A DNA stretch of 64,000 bases, taken from positions 257,488 to 321,487 of the forward strand of contig OZ246419.1 of assembly GCA_965231135.1 (NCBI GenBank), in the 5' to 3' direction. How positions within the stretch are numbered: the first letter of the stretch is position 1; every line of letters begins with the position of its first letter. Position numbers and translations under genes: made by a program. Shown here piece after piece: positions 28,909 through 39,525 of this stretch. The notes beneath the pieces were generated by a model. The model saw nothing but the letters and a program-made list of their open reading frames with translations, had not been told where the DNA came from and made no database searches. The stretch is from an uncultured Gammaproteobacteria bacterium (lineage in GTDB: Bacteria > Patescibacteriota > Microgenomatia > UBA8517).

Positions 28909-29361
28909 ATGCAGGACGAATTGATTACATTTCTTGCCAGTTTTTTGATTTGGATTATGTTTGCTCTTCTTGTTGTTCTTTGGTTTATAGACGGAAAAAT
29001 TAAAAAAGAACAAGTTGTACACGCTCTTCTTGCAAGTTTTATTGCTTTTACAATTGCTGAAATATTAAAGAGAGTTTTTAATACACCAAGGCCATATGAT
29101 GTTAACCATTTGGCAACTGAAGTTGTTGCACTTCCAAGTGATCCTGGATTTCCGTCGGTACATGCTACGGTCGTTTTTGCGCTTTCGATTACAATTTGGT
29201 TGCATGATCATAAAGTAGGTTTGATCTTTATAATTTTGGCAATTTTAGTTGGATGGGCGAGAGTTGCTGCAAATGTGCATTATCCAATAGATATAATGGG
29301 CGGAGCAATTATTGGAAGTATTGTCGCACTTCTCATAGAAAAGATTCACTTGACAAGGTAG
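28909..29361 (+). CDS. PAP2 phosphatase (BcrC-like)
   Basis: K......RP, FPSVH, RV..NVHYP.D. Confidence 0.9.
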   Translation: MQDELITFLASFLIWIMFALLVVLWFIDGKIKKEQVVHALLASFIAFTIAEILKRVFNTPRPYDVNHLATEVVALPSDPGFPSVHATVVFALSITIWLHDHKVGLIFIILAILVGWARVAANVHYPIDIMGGAIIGSIVALLIEKIHLTR

Positions 29362-29384
29362 CAATCGCAATGTTAGACTGCTAA
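29350..29384 (+). promoter_or_regulatory. lon promoter overlapped by a CIRCE (HrcA) element
   Basis: TTGACA-N18-TAGACT; gTAGCAATC-N9-GACTGCTAA versus consensus TTAGCACTC-N9-GAGTGCTAA. Confidence 0.8.
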
Positions 29385-29390
29385 CAACTT

Positions 29391-31796
29391 ATGGCAAACG
29401 ATACTAATAAACTTCGTTTTCAAAGAACTGTCCCTGTAGTTGCGATTCGTGATAGCGTGGTTTTTCCTCATACTGATTCCATACTTTCTTTTGGGCGAGC
29501 AAAATCAATTGATGCAGTCAATGCTGCGTTTCAAGATGACAAAATAATTGCAATTTTTAATCAGAAAGATCCAAATGTAACTGACCCAACCCCTGAAGAT
29601 TTATACGAAATTGGAACTATTGCGACAGTTACTCAAATGATGAGCACTGATGATGAAATTCATGCGATGATTAAAGGGCAAGCAAGAGTTCGCCTTGATG
29701 AAGTGCTTGCAGAGGAACCTTATTTTATTGCAAAAGTTTCAGAATTAAGCGAAACAGATATTAAAACAGATGAGGTAACTGCACTTTCAAATCAACTTTA
29801 TGACATTTTCAAAAGAGCTGTAAATCTTGGAAAAGGAGTAGAAATTACAACTGTGATGAAGATTCTTTCTGGAAATATTGAGCCAATAGAACTAGTTGAT
29901 AGTGTTTCATCTCTTCTTGATGTGAAATCTGCTGAAAAACAAAAAATATTAGAAATTCTCTCTGTAAAAGACCGATTTAAAAGAGTTATTGAATTAATGG
30001 GGCATGAAGTAAATGTTCTTGATCTTGAAAAAACAATTTCAATGAAAACCCAAAAGAAATTGGAAGATCAGATGAAAAAAGCAATGCTTCGCGAGAAGAA
30101 AAGAGTAATTGAAGAAGAGCTTGAAGGCGGAGATGAAGATAGCGATCTTAGCGAATTGAAAGAATACAAGAAAAAAATTAAGGCAGCAAAAATGCCAAAG
30201 GAGACTGAAAGCAAGGCTCTTAAGGAATTGAAAAGACTTGAGCAGATGTCTGCAAATAATCCAGAATCTGGATATGTTAGAAATTATTTAGACTGGCTTG
30301 TTGAGATGCCTTGGAGCAATTCTTCTCCAAATAATGTTTCAGTCAAAAAGGCAGGCAAGATTCTTGATGAAGAACATTTTGCAATTGATAAAACTAAAGA
30401 GAGAATTTTGGAATATCTTTCTGTCATGAAAATGAAAGAAAAAGCAAAGAAAGCTGAAGATTCACAACCAACAATACTTTGCTTTGTCGGGCCTCCAGGA
30501 GTCGGTAAAACATCGATTGGAAAATCTATTGCAAAAGCGTTAGGGCGAAAATTTGTCAGAGTTTCTTTGGGAGGAATTCGCGATGAAGCTGAAATAAGAG
30601 GACACCGAAGAACTTATGTGGGAGCAATGCCTGGACGCATTATTCAAGGAATGAAGAATGCTGGTACAAATAATCCTGTTTTTATGCTTGATGAAATTGA
30701 TAAATTGGGAATGGATTATAGAGGAGATCCAAGCAGTGCGCTTCTTGAAATATTAGATCCTGAGCAAAACAAAGAGTTTTCTGACCATTATTTAGAAGTA
30801 CCATTTGATTTATCAAAAGTAATATTTATTGCGACAGGAAACGTGACTGACACAATTCCTGGACCACTACTTGATCGTATGGAAGTTATTCGCTTTGCTG
30901 GATACACAACTGATGAAAAATTTGAAATTGGAGATAAATTTTTGTGGCCAAAAGTTTTGAAATTACATGGAATTGATGACAGGAAAATAAAAATTGAAAA
31001 ACGCGCGCTTAAAGAAATAATTGAAAGTTATACAAGAGAAGCTGGAGTACGTAATTTAGAGCGAAACTTAGCGACAATTTGCAGAAAAGTTGCGAGAGAA
31101 ATTGCTGAGAAAGGGAAATATCCTAAAGTCATTACTTTGAAAGATGTTGTAAAGTTTTTGGGACCAAGAAAATTTAGCTCTCAAATTGCTGAGAAAAAGG
31201 ATGATGTAGGAATAGTTACTGGGCTTTCGGTAACTACTTTTGGAGGGGAAATTTTATTTATAGAAGTTTCTTTGATGCCTGGGACTGGAAAGTTAATTTT
31301 AACTGGACAATTAGGTAGTGTAATGAAAGAATCGGTTAAAGCTGCGTATACCTGGACTAGATCTCATTGGAGACAACTAGGTCTTCCTGAAAATTTTGCA
31401 AGGGATATGGATATCCATGTACATGTTCCGGAAGGAGCAATTCCAAAAGATGGACCTTCGGCTGGCGTTTCTATGACTACAGCTTTGGTTTCTGCATTGA
31501 CTCATATTCCTGTTCGAAAAGACGTTGCAATGACGGGAGAGATTACGCTTCGAGGACGCGTGCTTGAAATTGGCGGATTAAAAGAAAAAGTTATTGCAGC
31601 ACACCGTGCTGGAATAAAAACAATTATTGCACCGAAAGATAATGAAAAAGATATGGTTGATGTGCCGCAAAGCGTCAAGGACGATGTAAAATTTTATTTT
31701 GTAGATCATTATGAAGAAATTCCGCCAATTGCTCTAAAGGGATGGAAATCTATAAAACAAAAGGAAACTGTAACTCCAACTGTAGCTACTGTATAA
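29391..31796 (+). CDS. lon: ATP-dependent protease La
   Basis: [25 protein letters not shown]. Confidence 0.98.
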   Translation: MANDTNKLRFQRTVPVVAIRDSVVFPHTDSILSFGRAKSIDAVNAAFQDDKIIAIFNQKDPNVTDPTPEDLYEIGTIATVTQMMSTDDEIHAMIKGQARVRLDEVLAEEPYFIAKVSELSETDIKTDEVTALSNQLYDIFKRAVNLGKGVEITTVMKILSGNIEPIELVDSVSSLLDVKSAEKQKILEILSVKDRFKRVIELMGHEVNVLDLEKTISMKTQKKLEDQMKKAMLREKKRVIEEELEGGDEDSDLSELKEYKKKIKAAKMPKETESKALKELKRLEQMSANNPESGYVRNYLDWLVEMPWSNSSPNNVSVKKAGKILDEEHFAIDKTKERILEYLSVMKMKEKAKKAEDSQPTILCFVGPPGVGKTSIGKSIAKALGRKFVRVSLGGIRDEAEIRGHRRTYVGAMPGRIIQGMKNAGTNNPVFMLDEIDKLGMDYRGDPSSALLEILDPEQNKEFSDHYLEVPFDLSKVIFIATGNVTDTIPGPLLDRMEVIRFAGYTTDEKFEIGDKFLWPKVLKLHGIDDRKIKIEKRALKEIIESYTREAGVRNLERNLATICRKVAREIAEKGKYPKVITLKDVVKFLGPRKFSSQIAEKKDDVGIVTGLSVTTFGGEILFIEVSLMPGTGKLILTGQLGSVMKESVKAAYTWTRSHWRQLGLPENFARDMDIHVHVPEGAIPKDGPSAGVSMTTALVSALTHIPVRKDVAMTGEITLRGRVLEIGGLKEKVIAAHRAGIKTIIAPKDNEKDMVDVPQSVKDDVKFYFVDHYEEIPPIALKGWKSIKQKETVTPTVATV

Positions 31797-31909
31797 TGTG
31801 AACCTATTGTATACGATTCGGAATCAAGTCATTCCTGAACTCATCCAATGCTATACTAATTTTGGCAAAAATATCTTAAAAACTAACAATTTTACTTTAT
31901 AATATTAAT

Positions 31910-32827
31910 ATGGAACCAGCAGACAAAATATTAATCGCTAAAGAAGAAAAAACAGATAAAATAGACTACCCTTTTCTAACCAAACTTACTGAAGATTATC
32001 CAAATTCTTCGGCAAAACTTAAAGAACAAATACCAAAGTGGAAGGCAGGCGTAGATAAACTATCTGGAATACCAGGATTAGGTAACGAACTTTTACAAAC
32101 GATGGATTATGTATCAAAATCAGAAGAAGAAAAATATTTCATAGACACAGCTTCAGAAATACAATCTATATTAGAAAGAGAAACAAAAGATAAAGTTTAC
32201 TTCGTAAGTCTAGGCAAAGAGGGTGGGAGTGGTCCATACATATCCGATCAAATCAAAGCTAAATTACCTGAAAATCTGAGAGATCGAGTAGAAAGTTTAC
32301 TTTCAACACGTGTTGACATAAATACTCATACAAAAGAAAATCAAGGCAAAAATGGAATACATTATTTTATTTGTGATGACAGTGCCAATTCAGGTAGACA
32401 ATTAGAAAGCTGCTTGGGTGCTTTTGACTGGTACGCTAGAAAGAATTCAGAAAGAAGACTATTTGACCGAGCAAAAGATATAAATGTTCATATTAGAATG
32501 ATGCGTATTGCAGATCCAGCTGTTGGCATTATCAGTAAATATGTAGATAAAGCAAAAAATTCACATTTACATATAGACAACAAATCACCTCGTATGCCTT
32601 TAACATCAGATGCACTGTTTAAAATTGGCGCCAATCCAAGTAAGTTGTCTCAGGAAGCTCAAAACGCAATCTTATACACACACCACAATTGGGAAGGAGC
32701 CATATTAGGCTTTTTCTATCACAAAATTCAAGATAACCTTCCTCCAATTTTAATTCCAGGAAGAAATAGATATGAAAGTTTAACTCCGCTTTTATCAGAT
32801 ACTGAAGTAATCAAACCTTACCAATAA
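31910..32827 (+). CDS. Orphan phosphoribosyltransferase-like protein
   Basis: YFICDDSANSGRQ PRPP-loop and FFYHKIQDNLPPIL. Confidence 0.6.
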   Translation: MEPADKILIAKEEKTDKIDYPFLTKLTEDYPNSSAKLKEQIPKWKAGVDKLSGIPGLGNELLQTMDYVSKSEEEKYFIDTASEIQSILERETKDKVYFVSLGKEGGSGPYISDQIKAKLPENLRDRVESLLSTRVDINTHTKENQGKNGIHYFICDDSANSGRQLESCLGAFDWYARKNSERRLFDRAKDINVHIRMMRIADPAVGIISKYVDKAKNSHLHIDNKSPRMPLTSDALFKIGANPSKLSQEAQNAILYTHHNWEGAILGFFYHKIQDNLPPILIPGRNRYESLTPLLSDTEVIKPYQ

Positions 32828-32830
32828 TTG

Positions 32831-32903
32831 TGACCCCATTGGAATTCGAATCCAAGTTATCAGAATGAGAATCTGATGTCCTAGGCCACTAGACGATGGG
32901 GTC
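32831..32903 (-). tRNA. tRNA-Glu(CTC)
   Basis: Acceptor GACCCCA/TGGGGTC, anticodon arm tcaga-ttCTCat-tctga, GATTCGAATTC. Confidence 0.95.
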
Positions 32904-32930
32904 AATAATCATATTTTACCAAATTTGCGG

Positions 32931-33818
32931 TTATAAATTAAATCCACAGAAGATTTGGGGAACGCTGAGGATAAACCAACCTGTGTTAATAGTTATGTAA
33001 TTTACTCTGCACGTAAATACTAATGGATGGAAAGGAAATGGAAAATTTGTTGGCGTTGGAGACATTGTTGGTGTTTCAATAGGACTTACAGTTGGTGTAG
33101 TTGTTGGTGTTGAAGTTGGAGTCATAGTGGGTGTTGGTGTCGTGGTAGGCGTTGATGTTGGTGTACTTGTAGCTGTCGGAGTTGCGGTAGGTGTGGATGT
33201 TGGAGTTGGAGAGGCAGTTGGTGTTGGCGTTGAAGTTCCCCCTGTTGAATTCATTGGGTCTGGAGTGTTTTGGACAGCAAAATCACTTGAGTTATTATCT
33301 GTATCCGTACTTGGGCTAATTCTTTCTATACTTTTTCCGTCGCCTGGATTGACTGTAGCAGTTCCTTCGAAGTCTGATGCTGTTCCCATCCCAACTTTGT
33401 CGATAACAGTTGTTCCGTCGCTGCCATAAAGTAAAACTGTGCTATTTGTTGAAACTGTTGGCGATCCATCATCGTATGTTAGATCTCCGGTTGTAGGACC
33501 TGGATATGTATCGCTTGTAATGAGGAAGAAACCATTAGCTGGAACTGTTCCTGACATAGTTGCGACTAAATCTCCTTCTGTTCCGCCCTTTGTTTTTCTA
33601 GTGAGTTTCCAATTAGATAGATCGACTGCTGAGTTTGTAGGGTTAGCAAGTTCTATGAATTCATTGGTAGAATGACCTGTTCCTGCTCCGGCTATTTGGA
33701 TTTGATAAATATCAACATGATCTGTTTCAGCTAAAACTGATGAATTTTGGGATGAAATGAATGAGATTAAAACAGTTAAAATAAATGTTGCAAAAAGCCA
33801 AGGCAGTGCTTTTTTCAT
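32931..33818 (-). CDS. Secreted lamin-tail-domain protein with Pro/Thr repeat
   Basis: NEFIELANP....VDLSNWKL; long (TP)n tract. Confidence 0.88.
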   Translation of the reverse strand: MKKALPWLFATFILTVLISFISSQNSSVLAETDHVDIYQIQIAGAGTGHSTNEFIELANPTNSAVDLSNWKLTRKTKGGTEGDLVATMSGTVPANGFFLITSDTYPGPTTGDLTYDDGSPTVSTNSTVLLYGSDGTTVIDKVGMGTASDFEGTATVNPGDGKSIERISPSTDTDNNSSDFAVQNTPDPMNSTGGTSTPTPTASPTPTSTPTATPTATSTPTSTPTTTPTPTMTPTSTPTTTPTVSPIETPTMSPTPTNFPFPFHPLVFTCRVNYITINTGWFILSVPQIFCGFNL

Positions 33819-33898
33819 TGAATATAATTTATATTAAAAGGATGTTTTATCCCGTGTCAAGGGGCAAAAGTGATGTTGTTTGATTTTATTTAGTACAC

Positions 33899-33983
33899 TT
33901 GACAACGATTGTGGGAAGTCATAAACTACCTGAAGTTTTAAAAAGGTAAACCACTTTACTTAGATACCTGGGGGTATTTTTTT
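33899..33983 (+). promoter_or_regulatory. greA promoter and leader containing a terminator-like hairpin
   Basis: TTGACA-N17-TAAACT; atacc-tggg-ggtat then T-run ending 10 nt before ATG. Confidence 0.7.
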
Positions 33984-33993
33984 GAAAGGTTTT

Positions 33994-34461
33994 ATGCAAA
34001 ACAAACCAGTACAATTAACAGAAAAAGCTTTTGGAGATTTGCAAAAAGAGCTTAAAGAATTAACAGATGTAAAAAGACCAAAATTGGTTGAAAGATTGTC
34101 TCACGCTATGGCTGAGGGAGATCTTGCTGAGAATTCTGACTATCATAATGCAAAAGAAGAACTTGAGTTTTTGGATGGGCGTATTGATGAACTTTCGGTT
34201 GTTGTGAATAATGCTGTAATAACAAATGACAATGCAAAACAAACTGGAAAAGTGGGAATGGGGACAAGAGTTACAGTGAAAATTGGGGGAAAAGAGCAGA
34301 CTTTTACAATTGTTGGAGAATGGGAAGCGGATGCTGCAAATAAGAAAATTTCTCCAAGCTCTCCTCTTGGACAAATGCTTATGGATAAATCAAAGGGAGA
34401 AAAAATTGAAGTTGAAGCACCAGCTGGAAAAGTAATGTACGAGATTGTTGAGATTGAATAA
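33994..34461 (+). CDS. greA: Transcription elongation factor GreA
   Basis: GDLAENSDY..AK, IS..SPLG, APAG. Confidence 0.96.
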   Translation: MQNKPVQLTEKAFGDLQKELKELTDVKRPKLVERLSHAMAEGDLAENSDYHNAKEELEFLDGRIDELSVVVNNAVITNDNAKQTGKVGMGTRVTVKIGGKEQTFTIVGEWEADAANKKISPSSPLGQMLMDKSKGEKIEVEAPAGKVMYEIVEIE

Positions 34462-34464
34462 ATT

Positions 34465-34713
34465 ATGCCAAGAGAACAGATAGATTCAGATCGAAATACT
34501 TGGACCCGCCTTCCTAAAAGCAAGACTACTAGTTTTGAACTTGCTCATTATATGGTTGAGTGTGGGTGGATTAAAACTGAAGATGAGATTTTTGTTGTAT
34601 TAACTGAGGAACAAGAAAAAAATCGGCGGGAAATAATTGCCAGTCCGCAACAAGAAACTCAGAGTAATTGGTCTAAATTGCCATCACCACCTTTTAGTAA
34701 AAAACTTTTTTAA
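34465..34713 (+). CDS. Hypothetical orphan protein
   Basis: 82-aa ORF between greA and lysS. Confidence 0.5.
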   Translation: MPREQIDSDRNTWTRLPKSKTTSFELAHYMVECGWIKTEDEIFVVLTEEQEKNRREIIASPQQETQSNWSKLPSPPFSKKLF

Positions 34714-34794
34714 AATATTGATTAAATTATTATCTTCAATGAAGAATGTTTGAAATTTCTTGTTAATTTTTCATTCTGAGTTTATACTTCAACT

Positions 34795-36249
34795 ATGGCT
34801 ACACGCTTAGATAGTATTCGCGAAGAGAGAGTTAAAAAGCTTGAAGAATTAAAAAAACTTCATATTAATCCTTATCCATCAAAAATAAGTTTAAAGGGAA
34901 AACATATTGAGATTGATGAAGCCCGTAAAAAAGAAGGGTCAAAAGTAATGGTTGCTGGGCGAATTATGGGAATGCGCGGGCATGGAGCTATCCTTTTTGG
35001 AGATGTTAGAGACGAAACGGGAACAATTCAATTTTTGGCAAGCGAGAAAAATTTAAGTGAGAAATATCCAATTTTAAAATTGATTGATGCTGGAGATTTT
35101 TTGGCAGTTGTTGGAAAAATAATGAAAACACAAGCTGGAGAGATAACTGTTGAGGTAAATGATTTTCAATTACTTAGTAAATCTATTAGGCCACTTCCAA
35201 GCGAATGGTTTGGACTAAAAGATGAAGAAGATAGATACAGACAAAGATATGTTGATTTGATTTTGAATGAAAATTTAAAAGAAATATTTAGAAAAAAAGC
35301 AATTTTTTGGCAATCGATGCGCAATTTTATGATTGATAAAGGATTTCTTGAAGTTGAAACTCCAGCTCTTGAAAATACTGCAGGAGGGGCTGATGCGAAT
35401 CCTTTTGTGACACATCATCAAGCTCTGGATATTGATTTATATCTTCGAATTTCTATGGGAGAGCTTTGGCAAAAGCGACTTATGGTAGCAGGATTTGATA
35501 AAACTTTTGAAGTTGGAAGGCAATTTAGAAACGAAGGAATTGACCGAGAACATTTACAGGATTATTCACAGATGGAATTTTATTGGGCATATCACAACTA
35601 TGAAGATTCTATGAAACTTGTTGAGGAACTCTATAAATACATTGCAGAGAAAGCTTTTGGTACACTTAAATTTGAAATTAATGGACATAAAGTTGATTTG
35701 GGAAAGTTTTGGAAGAGAATTGATTATACAGAAAGTATAAAAAGTAAATTTAATATTGATATAAATAGTGCAAGCGATGAGGATTTGAGAAATAGGCTTA
35801 AAGAACTTAGAGTGGCTTTTGAAAAGAATGATGAGCGAGGGCGATTGATTGATTTAATTTGGAAACAAGTGCGAAAAGAGATTAGTGGACCGGTATTTTT
35901 AGTAGGGCACCCAGTTGAAGTGTCACCGCTTGCAAAGAGAATGGAAGATCGTAATAATTTTGTTGAGCGTTATCAAATAATACTTGCTGGAAGCGAAATG
36001 GGAAATGGATATAGCGAACTTAATGATCCAATTGATCAAGCTGAAAGATTTGCTAAACAACAGGAAATGCGCGATAAAGGAGATGAAGAAGCACAAATGC
36101 AGGATGCTGACTTTGTACGAGCGCTTGAATATGGAATGCCTCCTGTTACTGGATTTGGAGTTTCTGAAAGATTATTTAGTTTTTTGGCAAATTTGCCAGT
36201 AAGGGAAGCAGTTTTATTTCCATTACTACGGCCGGAGAATATTAAATGA
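34795..36249 (+). CDS. lysS: Lysyl-tRNA synthetase, class II
   Basis: RYRQRYVDL, FRNEG, YSELNDP, ALEYGMPP. Confidence 0.97.
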   Translation: MATRLDSIREERVKKLEELKKLHINPYPSKISLKGKHIEIDEARKKEGSKVMVAGRIMGMRGHGAILFGDVRDETGTIQFLASEKNLSEKYPILKLIDAGDFLAVVGKIMKTQAGEITVEVNDFQLLSKSIRPLPSEWFGLKDEEDRYRQRYVDLILNENLKEIFRKKAIFWQSMRNFMIDKGFLEVETPALENTAGGADANPFVTHHQALDIDLYLRISMGELWQKRLMVAGFDKTFEVGRQFRNEGIDREHLQDYSQMEFYWAYHNYEDSMKLVEELYKYIAEKAFGTLKFEINGHKVDLGKFWKRIDYTESIKSKFNIDINSASDEDLRNRLKELRVAFEKNDERGRLIDLIWKQVRKEISGPVFLVGHPVEVSPLAKRMEDRNNFVERYQIILAGSEMGNGYSELNDPIDQAERFAKQQEMRDKGDEEAQMQDADFVRALEYGMPPVTGFGVSERLFSFLANLPVREAVLFPLLRPENIK

Positions 36250-36812
36250 CAAGAGAAGAAGCTTTAGATTTGTTATATAAAAACATGCAGTCGCCTAATT
36301 TGCGAAGGCACTGCCTTGCAGTTGAAGCAGTTATGAGAGCACTTGCAAAAAGATTTGATGCTGACGTTGAATCCTGGGGAATTGCAGGACTACTTCATGA
36401 TGCTGATTATGAAAAAGTAAAAGATACTGCAACGAAAGACCATACTAAAAAAGTAATTGAATGGCTTGCAGAATATGATACTGGGGATGATATTAAAAAT
36501 GCAATACTTGCTCATGGATGGGGATTTGTTGAAGGAAACCTAAAACCAAATAACAAAATGGAATGGTCTTTGTATTGCTGTGATGAACTTACAGGATTTA
36601 TCGTAGCTGTAGCTCTTACTCGACCAAATAAAACTCTTGCTGAAGTAACAGTTGAATCAATGCAGAAAAAATGGAAAGAAAAAAGTTTTGCTGGAGGAGT
36701 TAGTCGCGAACAAGTTGCAACTTGCGAAGACGAGCTTAATATTCCTTTGGAGGAATTTATGGATATTGCACTTAAAGCAATGCAAGGGATTAGTGAGGAG
36801 CTTGGATTATAA
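36246..36812 (+). CDS. HD-domain hydrolase
   Basis: H..AVE, GLLHDADYE, DELTG. Confidence 0.88.
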   Translation: MTREEALDLLYKNMQSPNLRRHCLAVEAVMRALAKRFDADVESWGIAGLLHDADYEKVKDTATKDHTKKVIEWLAEYDTGDDIKNAILAHGWGFVEGNLKPNNKMEWSLYCCDELTGFIVAVALTRPNKTLAEVTVESMQKKWKEKSFAGGVSREQVATCEDELNIPLEEFMDIALKAMQGISEELGL

Positions 36813-38048
36813 ATGCTTGATATTAATTATATTAGAGAAAATACAGAAGAAGTTAAGAAAAAAGTTGCGAGCAAGAATTTTGATCCAAAGATTGTTGATG
36901 AAGTATTAAAACTTGATGAAAATAGAAGAAAACTTCTTACTGAAATTGAAGAGCTAAGAGCTGAGCGAAATGATGCTGCAAAAAATAAGAATATTGAAAA
37001 AGGTAAGGATTTAAAGGAAAAACTTCAGAAATTAGAACCAGAAAGTGAAAAGGCAAATCAAGAATTTACTCAAAAACTAAATGAAGTTCCAAATTTGCCA
37101 GCTGATGATGTAAAAATTGGAAAAGGTGAAGATGAAAATGAAGAAATTAAAAAATGGGGAGACATTAAAAAATTTGATTTTGAAGCAAAAGATCATCTGA
37201 CTCTTGGAACAAATTTAGGAATTTTAGATTTTGAAAGTGGCGCTAAAGTGACAGGTTCGCAATTTTATTATTTGATTGGAGACGGAGCATTACTTGAACT
37301 TGCTCTTATTCATTATGCTTTTGAAATTTTAACAAAAGAAGGGTTTACTCCAATAATTACTCCAGATTTGGCGAAATCCAGATATTATTTGGGGACTGGA
37401 TATTTGCCAAAGGGTGATGAAGCTCAGACCTATGAAATAAAAGATTCAGATTTAGGATTAATTGCAACTGCTGAGGTAACCCTTGCTGGGCGTCATGCAG
37501 ATGAAGTTATTCCAGAGAATAAATTGCCAATTAAATATATTGGTTATTCTCATTGTTTTAGGCAGGAGGGTGGTGCTTATGGAAAATATTCCAGAGGGCT
37601 TTATCGAGTACATCAATTTAGTAAGGCTGAGATGTTTGTATATTGTAAGCCTGGAGACTCAGATAAAATGCATGATTATCTTTTAGGGTTGGAAGAAAAA
37701 ATTTATCAGGGCTTAGGAATTCCCTACCGAGTTCTTAAACAATGTACGGGAGATTTGGGCGCAATTGCAGCTCGCAAATATGATATTGAGGCGTGGATGC
37801 CAGGACGAGGAGAATATGGGGAAGTTACGTCAACTTCAAATTGTACAGATTACCAAGCTCGTAATTTAAATATTAAATATAGAACAAAACAAAATAAAAA
37901 CGAGTACATTCATATGTTAAATGGTACTGCTATTGCGACGTCACGAGTTCCTGTTGCAATACTTGAAAATTATCAAAATGAGGATGGAAGTGTAGATATT
38001 CCTAAAGTACTTCAGAAGTGGATGGGAAAAAATAAAATAAGCAAATAA
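36813..38048 (+). CDS. serS: Seryl-tRNA synthetase
   Basis: ATAE, CFRQE, RVHQF, SNCTDYQAR, LNGT. Confidence 0.97.
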   Translation: MLDINYIRENTEEVKKKVASKNFDPKIVDEVLKLDENRRKLLTEIEELRAERNDAAKNKNIEKGKDLKEKLQKLEPESEKANQEFTQKLNEVPNLPADDVKIGKGEDENEEIKKWGDIKKFDFEAKDHLTLGTNLGILDFESGAKVTGSQFYYLIGDGALLELALIHYAFEILTKEGFTPIITPDLAKSRYYLGTGYLPKGDEAQTYEIKDSDLGLIATAEVTLAGRHADEVIPENKLPIKYIGYSHCFRQEGGAYGKYSRGLYRVHQFSKAEMFVYCKPGDSDKMHDYLLGLEEKIYQGLGIPYRVLKQCTGDLGAIAARKYDIEAWMPGRGEYGEVTSTSNCTDYQARNLNIKYRTKQNKNEYIHMLNGTAIATSRVPVAILENYQNEDGSVDIPKVLQKWMGKNKISK

Positions 38049-38135
38049 GCAATGCTTGTCACTTTGTGATAAGCTCTTGCATTTTTCTTACAGGAAACAT
38101 AAATTGTTCATACCTCATGAGTTTAAATTGCAATC

Positions 38136-38366
38136 ATGGCAACAATCATTAATAACCCTCCAACTACGGCAAGCCAAGTCCCTGCTCAAACTAATGATAA
38201 TAATAGTAATGCGAACTTACTAGTTGCAATTGTCTTTATGCTTTTATTTTTTATTCTTTTTGTATATTTTTTGGTTCCAATTTTAAGAAGAGCTGCAAGT
38301 CCAGCTCCTGCTGCTCAAATTAATGTTCCAAAACAAATTGATGTGAATGTAAATGGAAGCAAATAA
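38136..38366 (+). CDS. Small single-TM protein
   Basis: One TM, C-terminal INVP.QIDVNVN. Confidence 0.75.
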   Translation: MATIINNPPTTASQVPAQTNDNNSNANLLVAIVFMLLFFILFVYFLVPILRRAASPAPAAQINVPKQIDVNVNGSK

Positions 38367-38370
38367 ATGG

Positions 38371-39507
38371 TTATTTGTAATATTTTTTATTCTTTAATTT
38401 TTCAGGTAATAAGCTTTCTTTTGAATACATTTCGTAATTTTTACCGTAACCTAAATTTTTCATTAATTTTGTAGGTGCGTTTCTAATAATCATTGGCACG
38501 GGAAGATTGCCAAAGTTTTCTACATCATGGAGAGCTTCCATATAACCTTCATATGCTCTTCTGTCTTTCTTTGCTAACGCCAAGTAGACAACTCCGTGAG
38601 CTAGATTTTCCTGGCATTCTGGAAGCCCAATTGTTTCGCATGCTCTAAAAACTTCATTTGCAACGACTAATGCAGTTGGCTGCGCCATACCAATATCTTC
38701 TGAGGCAAAGATTACCATTCTCCTTGCGATATAAAGAGGATCTTGCCCCGCTGCAATCATTCTGGCTAAATAATATAAAGCAGCATCAACATTACTTGCG
38801 CGCATACTTTTTATAAATGCTGAAATAACATTGTAGAATTCTTCACCTTGCTTGTCGAAAGTTAATTGTTTTCGCTGAAGTGCTTCTTCAATATCTTTTA
38901 TATCTAAAGTTTTGTTTATTGAAAGATTGGATGCAATTTCTAGAACATTAAGTAAGACTCTGGCGTCACCATTACTGGAATCGAGTAAAAATTGTTTGGC
39001 ATCTTTATTAATATCTTTTTTGAGCAATTTAAGTCCTCGAGTAAGAATTTCATTCAGGTTTTCTTCGCTGTGTCCCTTGAGTACTATTACTCTACAGCGA
39101 GATAAAAGAGCTGAAATGATTTCAAATGAAGGATTTTCTGTCGTTGCTCCAATTAAAATGATTGATCCTTTTTCAACATACGGAAGCAATTTATCTTGTT
39201 GAGCTTTATTAAACCTATGAATTTCGTCAATAAAAATTATTGGTTGATTGGTCGCTGATTTTAAAATAATTTCAATATCTTTTATTTTTGTACTTACAGC
39301 TGAGAATTCGTAAAATTCGCGTTTTAATTCTTTAGCAATAATGCGAGCAAGAGTTGTTTTTCCTGATCCTGGCGGGCCCCAAAAAATTAATGATGGAAAG
39401 AAATTTTTTGCTAGTAATAATTTTTTAATTGTTCCAATAACGTTTTCTTGGCCAACATAATTATCTAAAGTTGTTGGCCGCATTTTTTCAGGAAGTGGAA
39501 TTTGCAT
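38371..39507 (-). CDS. rarA: Replication-associated recombination AAA+ ATPase
   Basis: MRP, GPPGSGKTT, DEIHRFNKAQQD, ATTENPSF, SEDIG. Confidence 0.95.
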   Translation of the reverse strand: MQIPLPEKMRPTTLDNYVGQENVIGTIKKLLLAKNFFPSLIFWGPPGSGKTTLARIIAKELKREFYEFSAVSTKIKDIEIILKSATNQPIIFIDEIHRFNKAQQDKLLPYVEKGSIILIGATTENPSFEIISALLSRCRVIVLKGHSEENLNEILTRGLKLLKKDINKDAKQFLLDSSNGDARVLLNVLEIASNLSINKTLDIKDIEEALQRKQLTFDKQGEEFYNVISAFIKSMRASNVDAALYYLARMIAAGQDPLYIARRMVIFASEDIGMAQPTALVVANEVFRACETIGLPECQENLAHGVVYLALAKKDRRAYEGYMEALHDVENFGNLPVPMIIRNAPTKLMKNLGYGKNYEMYSKESLLPEKLKNKKYYK

Positions 39508-39525
39508 GATTGTATAATATCATTT

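Noticed and set aside
31797-31909. Possible small RNA or gene remnant after lon
   Set aside because: Contains -10-like hexamers but no convincing ORF, stem or terminator.
33050-33240. Tandem repeat or CRISPR-like array
   Set aside because: Degenerate codons of a Pro/Thr linker; no constant repeat with unique spacers. The same applies near 59430-59500.
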